IMG/VR virus record: IMGVR_UViG_3300032218_003378
Span: 1 to 56,420 of that record
Source of the DNA: a virus
Lineage: Duplodnaviria > Caudoviricetes
Reading direction: 5' to 3' (one strand)
DNA: 56,420 nucleotides
The first letter of the stretch is position 1. Every line of letters begins with the position of its first letter. The position numbers and the translations under genes were made by a program. Below are positions 45,773 to 55,623 of this stretch, in pieces. The notes below the pieces were generated by a model. The model was not told the DNA's origin. It did no database searches and saw only the letters and a list, made by a program, of their open reading frames with translations.

Positions 45773-45958
45773 ATGACTTGTGGAAAATGCAAAGGCAGGG
45801 TATTCGTTGATAGGGTATTCTCTCAAAACATAAGAGTAGAACTGTTTTGCGTTATGTGTGGTAAAAGATGGATGGTTAGAAAGGAATTAAATAGGTTCGG
45901 AGCATGGTTAGCAAAAAAGGAAGAAACGCTGCAACGCAGCTACGGTATTTCTATTTAA
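45773..45958 (+). CDS. Zinc-ribbon protein
   Basis: CxxC.G ... CxxCG. Confidence 0.75.
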   Translation: MTCGKCKGRVFVDRVFSQNIRVELFCVMCGKRWMVRKELNRFGAWLAKKEETLQRSYGISI

Positions 45959-46419
45959 ACGAAAAACTACATAAAGTTTTGCGTCGCTCACGTGCTGAGG
46001 ATCTTTTGATTGCTTGGGACTATCAGTTGGGAAAGCGTGTTGCTTACAGTTTAGCAGATGTTAACAAAAATAAACAACACGCCTACCCAGTCTCACAAGT
46101 TGTTAAAATAATTGGTAAGCATGAAGATACGATCAAATTACATTTATATAAGGGTAACTTAAAATACCCACAAAGAGTTTATTCTTTAAATGGAAATAAA
46201 ACTCCAGGAAAATACTACTGGAGTGAAGATGATATTAGAGAGATGCATAATTTCTTTAAAACAGTTCATAGAGGAAGACCACGAAAAGATGGCGGGATTA
46301 CTCCAGGAGATATGCCAAGTAGAGCAGAACTAGAGGCTATTATGAATAAAGAAAGCATTTTATATGTCAAGCAAGATGATGGGACATTTGTTCCAGTTTG
46401 GAAACAACCAGAATGGTAA
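45904..46419 (+). CDS. HTH DNA-binding protein (MerR/excisionase-like)
   Basis: Y.VSQV...IG.H.DTI and YW.EDDI motifs; RGRPRK AT-hook-like segment. Confidence 0.6.
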   Translation: MVSKKGRNAATQLRYFYLNEKLHKVLRRSRAEDLLIAWDYQLGKRVAYSLADVNKNKQHAYPVSQVVKIIGKHEDTIKLHLYKGNLKYPQRVYSLNGNKTPGKYYWSEDDIREMHNFFKTVHRGRPRKDGGITPGDMPSRAELEAIMNKESILYVKQDDGTFVPVWKQPEW

Positions 46420-46652
46420 ATGATAAATTGAATAAAGAAGCAAAACAAATTTTAAACCAATCATTAAAAGTTTTAGAATATGCTATGGAGCTGGCTGGAC
46501 AAAAAGAGGATCTAGATGCTATGATAGCTATATCAGATCGTTTAATGATGTTATATCAACATTTATCAGACGGTAATCATAAAAAGTTTAAACCAGGATT
46601 TACTTTTGTAGAAAAGGAAAAGGAGCCAGTAGATGAACCAGACGAACGTTAA
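46413..46652 (+). CDS. Hypothetical protein
   Basis: Helical ORF filling the operon gap; start uncertain. Confidence 0.65.
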   Translation: MVNDKLNKEAKQILNQSLKVLEYAMELAGQKEDLDAMIAISDRLMMLYQHLSDGNHKKFKPGFTFVEKEKEPVDEPDER

Positions 46653-46845
46653 AGTTGAATTACAATTCACTAGAAATTTAGGAAATTATGAAAGCCTAAA
46701 AGTTAGTGTGGGTATTGAAGATTATGTTCGTCAAGGTGAAACTATTGACACAGCAACCAACAGAGTGTATACTTTTGTTGAAGAAAAGTTAATGGAAAAA
46801 GTTAACGAAATAGAAGATGAATTAAAGAGTAAAGGGAAGAAATGA
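46633..46845 (+). CDS. Conserved phage hypothetical protein (T.NLGNYES motif)
   Basis: AAGGAG RBS; TRNLGNYESLKV motif. Confidence 0.7.
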   Translation: MNQTNVKVELQFTRNLGNYESLKVSVGIEDYVRQGETIDTATNRVYTFVEEKLMEKVNEIEDELKSKGKK

Positions 46846-47174
46846 CAAAAGATGAAGCAAAGCTAGCCTATGGACTAGTTTCGCTTTATTGTGCCTTATA
46901 CAAGCAGTCATACAATAAGCAGCCCGTAGTAAACAAGTATCGTGAAAAGTGGGCAATGCAAGATGTTATTGACAGCATTGGGTACGATAGGGCAAAAGTA
47001 TTACTCGAATATTATTTTAGCATAACTAAATCTGGACACCCGTTATCTTGGTTTTTTTATAACTTTGAAAAGCTAGATATTACATTACAGGAAAAAGAAC
47101 AAGATAAAACCCGTCGGGAATTAATCAGAGCAAAAACTAAATCTATGGTTGAAGAAAGAGACAATGAATACTGA
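46842..47174 (+). CDS. Hypothetical protein upstream of helicase (possible loader)
   Basis: 110 aa, ATGA overlap; function inferred from position only. Confidence 0.6.
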   Translation: MTKDEAKLAYGLVSLYCALYKQSYNKQPVVNKYREKWAMQDVIDSIGYDRAKVLLEYYFSITKSGHPLSWFFYNFEKLDITLQEKEQDKTRRELIRAKTKSMVEERDNEY

Positions 47175-48390
47175 GTCAGCAGTCATTACAGCAGTATGTG
47201 AAAACAAAGATATATCTACAGTACTTGCAGATAATATTGATGAAATCTTTACTTCCCATAGAGATGTATGGGAAGGTTTAAAATCATATTATTTGAAATT
47301 TAAAGCTGTCCCAGATGTTTCAGTTCTTACTGAAAGATTTAAAGATTTTGAACCTACACAGGTTAAAGGCGAGACAGCATATTATCTTGACCAATTAAAA
47401 AATGAATATTTAACTTCACGTATAAGAAACTTATTACTAAGTTCTGGTGCAAGCCTAAAAACAGAAGCAGGCGGAAGAGTTATTGCTCAAATGCAGAGCG
47501 AACTTACTACACTTAGTAGATTGACTGCTAATGTTAGAGATGTTGATTTAACTGATTATAAAGAAGCAGAAAAACATTTTGAGGCTGTAAAAAACCGTTC
47601 AGATGCTATGGGTGGTTCTCCAGGAATAATGACTGGCTTCAAAGCTATTGACTACGCATATCCCACTGGAATGGCTCCAGGGCACCTTATAGTGATGATT
47701 GGATGGCCAGGTAAGGGTAAGACATGGTTCTCGTCTTATTTGGCCTGCAAAGCGTGGGAACAGGGCTTTAAACCCATGATTGTATCCCTTGAAATGACAC
47801 CTGAAAATATGCGTGACCGTATATATACCATGTTGGGGTCTGGCCTATTTAAAGCATCAGATTTTGCAAGAGGATCCATTGATATTAATGCATTTGATGA
47901 TTGGGGTTCAAAGAAGTTTGCCAACAAGAATAACTTTATTTTAGTGTCAAATGAAGGTGCTGGACAAGTAACACCTACAACCGTTCAAGCAAAAATTGAT
48001 CAACACAAACCTGATATTGTTATTCTTGATTATCATCAGTTATTTACAGATTCTAATAATTCAAAAGCTCCTACTGAAAGAAATATGAATATCTCTCGTG
48101 AGTTTAAGAACCTTGCTATGAGAAATAATATTCCTGTTATTGATATTACTGCTGCAACTGCCGAAGAAACATCAGATCATGATTCACCACCTATGTTAAA
48201 TCAAGTGGCATGGTCTAAGGCAATTGAATATGATGCTGATATGGCTATAGCAATTCATAAAAATCCAGATAGTAATATAATGGAGATAGTAAGTCGTAAA
48301 AATCGTCATGGAACTGAATTTGGTATGTATTTAGATTGGGACTTAAATCGTGGAATTGTAAGCGAAGTCTACGATATTCCAATTCAATAA
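47164..48390 (+). CDS. dnaB: Replicative DNA helicase (DnaB family)
   Basis: Walker A GWPGKGKT, SLEM, ILDYHQL, ISREFK.LA, IEYDAD, KNRHG. Confidence 0.93.
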   Translation: MNTESAVITAVCENKDISTVLADNIDEIFTSHRDVWEGLKSYYLKFKAVPDVSVLTERFKDFEPTQVKGETAYYLDQLKNEYLTSRIRNLLLSSGASLKTEAGGRVIAQMQSELTTLSRLTANVRDVDLTDYKEAEKHFEAVKNRSDAMGGSPGIMTGFKAIDYAYPTGMAPGHLIVMIGWPGKGKTWFSSYLACKAWEQGFKPMIVSLEMTPENMRDRIYTMLGSGLFKASDFARGSIDINAFDDWGSKKFANKNNFILVSNEGAGQVTPTTVQAKIDQHKPDIVILDYHQLFTDSNNSKAPTERNMNISREFKNLAMRNNIPVIDITAATAEETSDHDSPPMLNQVAWSKAIEYDADMAIAIHKNPDSNIMEIVSRKNRHGTEFGMYLDWDLNRGIVSEVYDIPIQ

Positions 48391-48411
48391 CTATGTAATC
48401 ACAATTTATCT

Positions 48412-48420
48412 TGATATAAT
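48412..48420 (+). promoter_or_regulatory. Extended -10 promoter TGATATAAT
   Basis: Intergenic, between dnaB and the next gene. Confidence 0.7.
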
Positions 48421-48435
48421 TATCAAGATAGATAG

Positions 48436-48726
48436 GTGAACATGTACCCAAGAAAGATACATGACTTTTGGATAAGCGGAATCATTAAAGATGACTCTAA
48501 ATTTCAAAGCTCAAGAGAGAATTATGAAAGGCTTTTGGTCCAGCAAATGCGGGACAAAGGCTATATTCCTGTACTTGACATGCAACCACAATTTAATGTA
48601 AAATATAATGAAGAGAAAGACCACTATAGCTTTAATCTAGTTATGTATGGTATATATCTTGGTAAAGCAAAAGCTTTACAATATGAAGGTTTTTCGGGAC
48701 AGAGCTTAATTCCTAAAGGAAGATAA
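48436..48726 (+). CDS. Hypothetical protein
   Basis: 96-aa ORF between helicase and primase; start may be ATG 48442. Confidence 0.7.
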   Translation: MNMYPRKIHDFWISGIIKDDSKFQSSRENYERLLVQQMRDKGYIPVLDMQPQFNVKYNEEKDHYSFNLVMYGIYLGKAKALQYEGFSGQSLIPKGR

Positions 48727-48728
48727 AA

Positions 48729-49694
48729 ATGGCAGATGCATATAACAAAGCGGATCTCCGCTCTATTTTGCGTTCTTGTAATATTGAAATAGTTTCAGAG
48801 ACGGGGACTGACTTTTTATGTCTATGCCCATTTCATCATAATACAGATTCTCCAGCCTTTGCTGTAAGTTATTCAAAAGGACTCTATATTTGCTATAATC
48901 AGAATTGCGATTCCTCTGGCACCGTTTTAGAATTAGTTAAGATGCTTACGGGACGTAATGATTTTGAAGCATTAAGGTTTATATCTAAGAATAAGCAAAC
49001 AGAGTCAGAGGCATTTGAAGATGGATTAAAAGATTTACTTAATGAAAAGCCAGATTTTGTAGAATTTCCACAAAGTGTTCAGGATAAGTTATATGAGGAT
49101 CTTGTTCAAAATGATATTAATGCTTCACAGTCTTACTTTAAATTAAGAAATATTAATGATGAATCATGGATACACTTTAAGTTAGGTTACTCATCTGCAC
49201 AAAAGATGGTTACTGTCCCTCTTCACTCACCAGATGGAGTACTGGTCGGAGTTATTGGAAGATCAATTGAGGGTAAATCTTTTAAAAATAGCCCAAACCT
49301 TCCACGAAATAAGACTATGTTTAACTTACATAGAGCAAAGCGTGAGGGCGGAACTATAATAGTTGTTGAGTCTAGCTTTGATGTTATTCGCTTGTGGCAA
49401 GCGGGGTATCCAAATGCTGTCGCTACTTTAGGTGGTAGTATATCAGATACAAATATACAGAATCTAAATAGATATGCATCTACAATTATTATTATGACAG
49501 ATAATGACCAAGCAGGTAGAGCGTTAGGCAATACAATTGCTTATAAATTAAAAAGAAAAAATGTTTTATGGGCTAAATATGACCATAATGCAATCTATCC
49601 TCATTCTGCAAAAGATGTTGGGGACATGACTGATGAAGAAATAAAACAATGTATTAAGAATGCAATTCCGCATTTTGAGTACGCAACAATGTGA
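48729..49694 (+). CDS. dnaG: DNA primase (CHC2 zinc finger plus TOPRIM)
   Basis: CPFH..C..C zinc finger; GR, K.KNSP, VVES.FDV, VATLG, DND.AG, KD..D. Confidence 0.93.
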   Translation: MADAYNKADLRSILRSCNIEIVSETGTDFLCLCPFHHNTDSPAFAVSYSKGLYICYNQNCDSSGTVLELVKMLTGRNDFEALRFISKNKQTESEAFEDGLKDLLNEKPDFVEFPQSVQDKLYEDLVQNDINASQSYFKLRNINDESWIHFKLGYSSAQKMVTVPLHSPDGVLVGVIGRSIEGKSFKNSPNLPRNKTMFNLHRAKREGGTIIVVESSFDVIRLWQAGYPNAVATLGGSISDTNIQNLNRYASTIIIMTDNDQAGRALGNTIAYKLKRKNVLWAKYDHNAIYPHSAKDVGDMTDEEIKQCIKNAIPHFEYATM

Positions 49695-49700
49695 TATAAT
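49692..49700 (+). promoter_or_regulatory. Extended -10 promoter TGATATAAT overlapping primase stop codon
   Basis: Upstream of AAGGAG RBS of the SSB gene. Confidence 0.7.
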
Positions 49701-49749
49701 GGTATAAGACAGGGCACCAAATAGCCCACTACACAAGGAGATATAAATT

Positions 49750-50427
49750 ATGGGAATCGTAACAGGTTTAAAAGCAATGAATCAACAGATGGAACAAAAA
49801 TCACATTCTGGAGATTCTGTAAAAGGAAGATGGCTACAACTTAAAGATGGCCAATCATTAAAAATCCGCTTCATGCAAGAAATTGATCCAGACTCACCAA
49901 CATATGTTGAAAAAGCTGGACTAGCTTTTATTGCAGTAGAGCATACTAATCCAAAAGATTACAAGCGTAAAGCACTTTGCACAATTGAAGACCAAGGTCG
50001 TTGCTATGGTTGCGAAATGCACCGTCGTGATCCAAAGGCAGGTTGGAAAGGTCGTTCACGCTTCTATGCAAATGTTCTTGTTGATGATGGTCAAGAAGAG
50101 CCATACGTTGCAATTTTTTCACAAGGTGCAGGACCAAAATCTGCAACACCTGAAATTATAAACTACGCTGGAGAAACAGGTAGTATTTCAAACCTTAATT
50201 GGAAACTAAAGCGTACGGGTACAGCAACAGATACAAACTATTCAATTATTCCTCTGCCAACAGCAGATGCTAAACCAATTGACCTAGATAAGTATGAATT
50301 GTTTGACCTTGCTAAAACAGCAGTTCGTGATGTAGAGTATACAGAGCAAGAAAATTTCTACCTAGGAATTACTTCTGATTCATCTGACGTACAAACATCA
50401 TCCACCTCATCAGCTGTTGAGTGGTAA
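49750..50427 (+). CDS. Single-stranded DNA-binding protein (T4 gp32-like)
   Basis: LKDG.S..IRF, H..C..CxxC zinc ligands, R.G...DT.Y, acidic Ser-rich tail ending in W; between primase and polymerase. Confidence 0.7.
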   Translation: MGIVTGLKAMNQQMEQKSHSGDSVKGRWLQLKDGQSLKIRFMQEIDPDSPTYVEKAGLAFIAVEHTNPKDYKRKALCTIEDQGRCYGCEMHRRDPKAGWKGRSRFYANVLVDDGQEEPYVAIFSQGAGPKSATPEIINYAGETGSISNLNWKLKRTGTATDTNYSIIPLPTADAKPIDLDKYELFDLAKTAVRDVEYTEQENFYLGITSDSSDVQTSSTSSAVEW

Positions 50428-50452
50428 TTAGAAACTAATAGAAAAGATAAAC

Positions 50453-53400
50453 ATGTCTGACTTTGTGCATTTACATGTCCATAGCCATTATTCTTTAATG
50501 GATGGACTTAATACGCCTCATGAGTTACTTGAGGCTGCAAAAGATCAAGGTCAGGCATGTTTGTCTATCACGGATCATGGAACACTTTCATCTCATAGAG
50601 ATATGCAAATTGCTGCTAAAGAATTAGGCATGAAGCCTATTCTGGGGCTAGAAGCGTATATTTCTTCTACGGATAGATTTGATAAAAGAGCTGTTTCAAA
50701 GCGTGACGATAATACTTCCCTATACAATCATATTATTTTGTTAGCTAAAAACGATACAGGGCTAAAAAACCTTCAAAAACTTTCTCAAATTGCTTGGACA
50801 GAAGGTTATTACCATAAACCAAGAATTGACATGGAAGTCCTTTTTGAATACGGTGACGGTATAATTGTAGTATCAGGATGCATGAATGGTCTTATTTCAA
50901 AAGCTATAGAGCGTGGAGATAATGATAAGGCAATTGAACTTACTAAAACATTTAAGAAACGTTTCGGCGAAGATTTTTATATGGAAGTTCAAGCTCATAA
51001 TCCAACTGAATTAAATTCTGCTTTACTTAAAATAGCAGATGAATTGGGGGTGAAGTCAGTTGCAACAGGAGACTGTCATTTTGCTAAAAAAGAGGAAAGG
51101 GATTTGGAAGAATTACTCCTCATCCTCTCAACAAAACCAACCCAAGATAAAGAAGCGGATTATGCAAGTGGTCGTAGCAGACGTGATATCTTTGATAGGT
51201 TTGATCATCTTTATCCCAATCGCCCTATTTCTTTCGCTGATATCAATGTTTATATTCAATCCTATGATGAGATTAGTTCGGACTTTGAAAAAGCGGGGAT
51301 AACAAGAAAAGATATTTATGAATCATCAGTAGAGATTGCAAATAAGATTGAGCCATATGAATTTCATGAAAATTTAGATTTACTTCCAGTTCCAAAGAAA
51401 AATGCATTAAAAACATTAAAAGAGATGTGTGAAGAAGCACTTATAGAAAAAGGATTAAATGATGAAATATATAAAGAAAGACTTGTTGAAGAGCTCAAAG
51501 TTATTTCCGACAAAAACTTTGCTAGCTATTTTCTTGTTGTTGGGGATATGGTTAGCTGGGCGAAAGCAAATGAAATCCTTGTTGGACCAGGTAGAGGATC
51601 CGCTGCTGGATCTTTAGTATGTTATTTACTTGGAATTACAGATGTAGATCCAATTAAATTTGATTTACTTTTTTTCCGTTTTATTAATCCAGAACGTAAT
51701 GACTTTCCAGATATTGATACAGATTTTATGGACCGTCGTCGTGGAGAAGTAAAAGAATACCTAAGAAAGAAATTTAAGCACGTAGCATCTATTTCTACAT
51801 ATCAATATTTTAAAGACAAAGGAGTTATTCGTGACGTTGCTAGAGCATTCCTTATCCCACTTGGTGAAGTTAATAAGGCACTTAAGGGTGTTGAGACGTT
51901 TGAAGAATATGAGTCCAGTCCGTCCACCGAAGAATTTAGGAAAAAATATCCAGAAGTAACTAAGTATGCTTCACGATTACGTGGAAAAATTCGTGGCAAT
52001 GGAATGCATGCTGCAGGAGTTGTAGTTGCAAAAGACGATATCAGCAAGTATGTTCCAATTGAAACACGCAAAGATCCAGATGATTCAGTATCAGGTCGTA
52101 TACCCGTTGTTGCATATGATATGGAACAAACTGCAGACTTAGGTCTAATTAAGCTAGATGTGCTTGGACTTAAAACATTGTCTGTTATTGATGATACAAT
52201 AAGAACAATTGAACATGTTAAAAAGAAAAAGATTGATTTAAAATCACTACCGCTAGACGATCCAAAAGTATTTGAAATGTTATCAAGTGGATTTACAAAG
52301 GGTGTTTTTCAAGCAGAAGCAACTCCGTATACAAACCTATTAATGAAAATGGGAGTAGATAATTTTGAAGACCTTGCTGCATCTAATGCTCTAGTTCGTC
52401 CAGGTGCAATGAATACAGTAGGTGCTTCATATATCAAGCGTAAGCGTGGGGAAGAAATGACTACATATGCACACCCAATTATGCAAGAATTTACTGCCAG
52501 AACGTATGGAGTAATTATTTATCAAGAGCAAGTTATGCAAGCATGTGTGCATTTAGGTGGAATGACATGGGCAGATGCAGATAAAGTACGTAAAATTATT
52601 GGAAAGAAGAAAGATGCAAAAGAATTCGATATATTCAAAGATCAATTTATTCAAGGTGCAAGTAAACACATTACGGGTGAGGATGCTAACAAATTGTGGC
52701 ATGATTTTGAGGCTCATGCGGGTTACTCTTTTAATCGCTCTCATGCTATTGCTTACTCTATGCTCTCTTATTACACTGCTTGGCTCAAGTTTTATTACCC
52801 TCTTGAATTTATGTTTGCCGTTCTCAAAAACGAAAAAGATAAAGATGCCAGGACGGACTATCTACTGGAGGCTAAGCGTTTGGGCATTAAAGTGTTACTC
52901 CCTCATATTAACGAATCTGAGCTTGACTTCAGCATTCAAGGCAACTCAATAAGATTTGGTTTGTCTAATATCAAATATATTTCAGACAATATTGGTAGCA
53001 AAATAACTGCATCACGTCCATTTAATAATTATGAAGATTTTATGTCTAAAGCAAAAGAAAAGGGAAGTGGAGTCAATGCAAGAGCTATTGAATCTCTTAA
53101 TATGATTGGTGCTGCTGCATTCCCAGACAACCTTAGAACGGGAAAAGAAAATGAGAATTTATATGAGTATTTAAATATTCCTAAATTTGATACTGGAAAA
53201 TTATCACCTAAGATTAAATCTCAGGTTAATCCACTACAAGATTTTCTTGAACAGGGATGTTACGTAATTTTAGCTATGGTTAAGTCTATTAAAAAGGGAC
53301 CAACATGGGCAAGAGTAGAATTAGTAGATGACACGGGAGCAGTAGGAATATTCCATGATGTTAATACAAAGATTGAACCAGGTATGATGTACTTCTTCTT

Positions 53401-53728
53401 AGTAGGAGATAATCGTATTCACCAATATATTACAATTGATGATGTAGTAAATAAAGTTGATGCACCATTTGTCCATTGGTTATATAAGGATAAGTTAAAC
53501 ATAGAAAGTGGAAAGCGTCTGGTCTTAGATTTTACACATTATAAAACGAAGGCAAATAAAATGATGGCTCACGTTATTTTATCTGATGCAGATAAAAACC
53601 TTGAGCGAGTTATAGCATTCCCAAAGATGTACACAAAAGCTTTGGGCAAAATGAAACCAGGACACATTTGTGATCCTGCCATTGATAAAATGGATGATGG
53701 CACATTATACATAAAGGAGATAATATAA
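50453..53728 (+). CDS. dnaE: DNA polymerase III alpha subunit (family C)
   Basis: PHP motifs HLHVHSHYS..DG and TDHG; GPGRGSAAGSL, PDIDTDF, HAAG, KLD.LGL, YQEQ.M, YSFNRSHA. Confidence 0.97.
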   Translation: MSDFVHLHVHSHYSLMDGLNTPHELLEAAKDQGQACLSITDHGTLSSHRDMQIAAKELGMKPILGLEAYISSTDRFDKRAVSKRDDNTSLYNHIILLAKNDTGLKNLQKLSQIAWTEGYYHKPRIDMEVLFEYGDGIIVVSGCMNGLISKAIERGDNDKAIELTKTFKKRFGEDFYMEVQAHNPTELNSALLKIADELGVKSVATGDCHFAKKEERDLEELLLILSTKPTQDKEADYASGRSRRDIFDRFDHLYPNRPISFADINVYIQSYDEISSDFEKAGITRKDIYESSVEIANKIEPYEFHENLDLLPVPKKNALKTLKEMCEEALIEKGLNDEIYKERLVEELKVISDKNFASYFLVVGDMVSWAKANEILVGPGRGSAAGSLVCYLLGITDVDPIKFDLLFFRFINPERNDFPDIDTDFMDRRRGEVKEYLRKKFKHVASISTYQYFKDKGVIRDVARAFLIPLGEVNKALKGVETFEEYESSPSTEEFRKKYPEVTKYASRLRGKIRGNGMHAAGVVVAKDDISKYVPIETRKDPDDSVSGRIPVVAYDMEQTADLGLIKLDVLGLKTLSVIDDTIRTIEHVKKKKIDLKSLPLDDPKVFEMLSSGFTKGVFQAEATPYTNLLMKMGVDNFEDLAASNALVRPGAMNTVGASYIKRKRGEEMTTYAHPIMQEFTARTYGVIIYQEQVMQACVHLGGMTWADADKVRKIIGKKKDAKEFDIFKDQFIQGASKHITGEDANKLWHDFEAHAGYSFNRSHAIAYSMLSYYTAWLKFYYPLEFMFAVLKNEKDKDARTDYLLEAKRLGIKVLLPHINESELDFSIQGNSIRFGLSNIKYISDNIGSKITASRPFNNYEDFMSKAKEKGSGVNARAIESLNMIGAAAFPDNLRTGKENENLYEYLNIPKFDTGKLSPKIKSQVNPLQDFLEQGCYVILAMVKSIKKGPTWARVELVDDTGAVGIFHDVNTKIEPGMMYFFLVGDNRIHQYITIDDVVNKVDAPFVHWLYKDKLNIESGKRLVLDFTHYKTKANKMMAHVILSDADKNLERVIAFPKMYTKALGKMKPGHICDPAIDKMDDGTLYIKEII

Positions 53729-53958
53729 TGGATGTTAATGAAGAAACAATAGATAAAGATGAAAATATTCAAATTAATATTGAACAAATTTGTGCAGCAA
53801 TTCTTACACAATTGGAATCAATTGAGATACCAATAAATGTATTGTTGTCTGATTATTCAAACAAGCTTATTGCTGTAAACCAAGATGATGAAAATAAATC
53901 GCTTACCTTTACATTAATAGATAGTGAATCTGTAGAGAATCAAGCAGAAACTGAATAA
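53728..53958 (+). CDS. Hypothetical acidic protein
   Basis: AAGGAG RBS, TAATG coupling. Confidence 0.7.
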   Translation: MDVNEETIDKDENIQINIEQICAAILTQLESIEIPINVLLSDYSNKLIAVNQDDENKSLTFTLIDSESVENQAETE

Positions 53959-53964
53959 ATACTG

Positions 53965-53970
53965 TATAAT
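53965..53970 (+). promoter_or_regulatory. -10 element TATAAT, near-leaderless start
   Basis: 8 nt before ATG 53979; no SD. Confidence 0.5.
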
Positions 53971-53978
53971 ATAGATAT

Positions 53979-54233
53979 ATGGCTCAATCATATGTCCTAA
54001 AAGGTACAGAAAATGAGTATCTGCTAGTTATCAGAGCAGAGGATGAGAAGGCTATCTATAGCATAATAGATACGCTTTTATCTAGTCGTAACAAAGAGAT
54101 AAAAGAAGTAGCAACTGAATTAGAAAAGAGCATGAATGATAGCGGAAGAGATTCTAGCAAAGCTGGACCCAAAAACAAGAGCAAGAGTACAACTAGCAAC
54201 AACGGTGGACGTAGAAAAACAAAAGACACCTAG
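53979..54233 (+). CDS. Hypothetical protein
   Basis: 84-aa ORF whose 3' part overlaps recA. Confidence 0.6.
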   Translation: MAQSYVLKGTENEYLLVIRAEDEKAIYSIIDTLLSSRNKEIKEVATELEKSMNDSGRDSSKAGPKNKSKSTTSNNGGRRKTKDT

Positions 54234-55134
54234 CATTGGATTAAATTTAGCACTAAAAGGTGGTTTTGGCTATGGTCGACAAGTTTTAGTATGGGGCAAT
54301 AAATCTGCTGGTAAATCATCATTTTGTTTACAAATGATTGCAGAAGCTCAAAAAAATGGTAAGACATGTGCTTGGATTGATGCAGAAGCATCTTATTCAG
54401 CAGACTGGGCCAAAAAATTAGGTGTTGATTCTGATAAACTTATTTATTCTCCAGCCAAATCAATTAATGACATGGTTGATGTGGCACAGCAACTTATGGA
54501 AGCGGGTGTTGATTTAATTGTAGTTGATTCAATTTCAGCATTACTTCCAGCAATTTATTTTGAAAAAGATAGTACGGATTTAAAAAAATTAGAAGACACC
54601 AAACAAATTGGTGCAGAAGCAAAGGATATGACACATGCAGTCAAAATGCTCAACTACGCAAATAAAAACACACTACTTGTTCTCATCTCACAACAACGAA
54701 ATCAATTTGGATCTATGCATGCTAGTCACATCCCCACAGGTGGTATGGCGGTCAAGTTCTTTTCTTCCACAGTCATTAAGCTTTGGTCTTCTGAAGCTGA
54801 AGCAAATGCTATTAAATCGGGCATTCAAGTGGGCGACAAAATCATTGAACAAAAAGTCGGAAGACCAGTTAATTGGATTGTTGATTACAACAAACTCGGC
54901 CCCCCAAATCTATCGGGACAGTACGACTTTTATTACCAAGGGGGAACTGTGGGTATAGATCTAATTGGTGAAATTGCAGATGTTGCAGAAATGATGGGTA
55001 TCATTCAAAAAGGCGGTGCTTGGTATACTGTAGGTGAAGAACGTATTCAAGGTCGTGCAAAAGTTGTAGAGTACCTTAAAAATAATCCAAAAATAGTAAA
55101 AGATTTGCAGGAAAAAATATATGACAAATCTTGA
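54136..55134 (+). CDS. recA: RecA/UvsX-like recombinase
   Basis: TPS..LN.AL.GG, Walker A GNKSAGKS, WIDAE, VVDSI.AL, TGG.A.KF.SS, GAWY....R.QG. Confidence 0.93.
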   Translation: MIAEEILAKLDPKTRARVQLATTVDVEKQKTPSIGLNLALKGGFGYGRQVLVWGNKSAGKSSFCLQMIAEAQKNGKTCAWIDAEASYSADWAKKLGVDSDKLIYSPAKSINDMVDVAQQLMEAGVDLIVVDSISALLPAIYFEKDSTDLKKLEDTKQIGAEAKDMTHAVKMLNYANKNTLLVLISQQRNQFGSMHASHIPTGGMAVKFFSSTVIKLWSSEAEANAIKSGIQVGDKIIEQKVGRPVNWIVDYNKLGPPNLSGQYDFYYQGGTVGIDLIGEIADVAEMMGIIQKGGAWYTVGEERIQGRAKVVEYLKNNPKIVKDLQEKIYDKS

Positions 55135-55312
55135 GCAATTTTTAAATAAATCTAAAAATAAATCACCGATAAGCATGGAGCCAGCAAGTGGTTCATTTTC
55201 ATGTCAATTTGATGATTGTCGAGAAGTTGTTTTTGAGGGCTACATTGATAGATTTAATAATAGGATACATTGGACTTGCTCACAAGGTCACGAATCTAGC
55301 GTGGTTATTTAA
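55121..55312 (+). CDS. Small zinc-finger-like protein
   Basis: C....C ... WTC..GH. Confidence 0.6.
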   Translation: MTNLEQFLNKSKNKSPISMEPASGSFSCQFDDCREVVFEGYIDRFNNRIHWTCSQGHESSVVI

Positions 55313-55623
55313 TGTCAGAAAGAGGAGAAATAAAACGTGATGCAGCTAAAGCCCAAAAAAATAGTGGCAGAGGTGCTTATCAAAAAGGTGATGCTCAATG
55401 GCATGATTTCGTGGTTGATTATAAAGAGTATTCAAAGTCCATCTCGATTTCAAAGGAAATTTGGGCAAAAATTTGTACAGATACTTTTAAAGTTAGCAGG
55501 GATAAATATCCAGTACTTAAATTAATTTTAGGTGGAGAAGGAACAAAAACTCGTTTAGCAGTAATTGAATGGGCGTTGTTTGAACAAATGGTAGAGTGTT
55601 GGGAGACACATAATGGTAACTGA
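55312..55623 (+). CDS. PD-(D/E)XK nuclease, Holliday junction resolvase-like
   Basis: E...SG....KGD......DYK..KS.S pattern; located after recA. Confidence 0.65.
   Translation: MSERGEIKRDAAKAQKNSGRGAYQKGDAQWHDFVVDYKEYSKSISISKEIWAKICTDTFKVSRDKYPVLKLILGGEGTKTRLAVIEWALFEQMVECWETHNGN

Noticed and set aside
47164-55134. Inteins or introns in dnaB, dnaE or recA
   Set aside because: Lengths are normal, motifs are contiguous, and no intein splice-junction or LAGLIDADG signatures were seen
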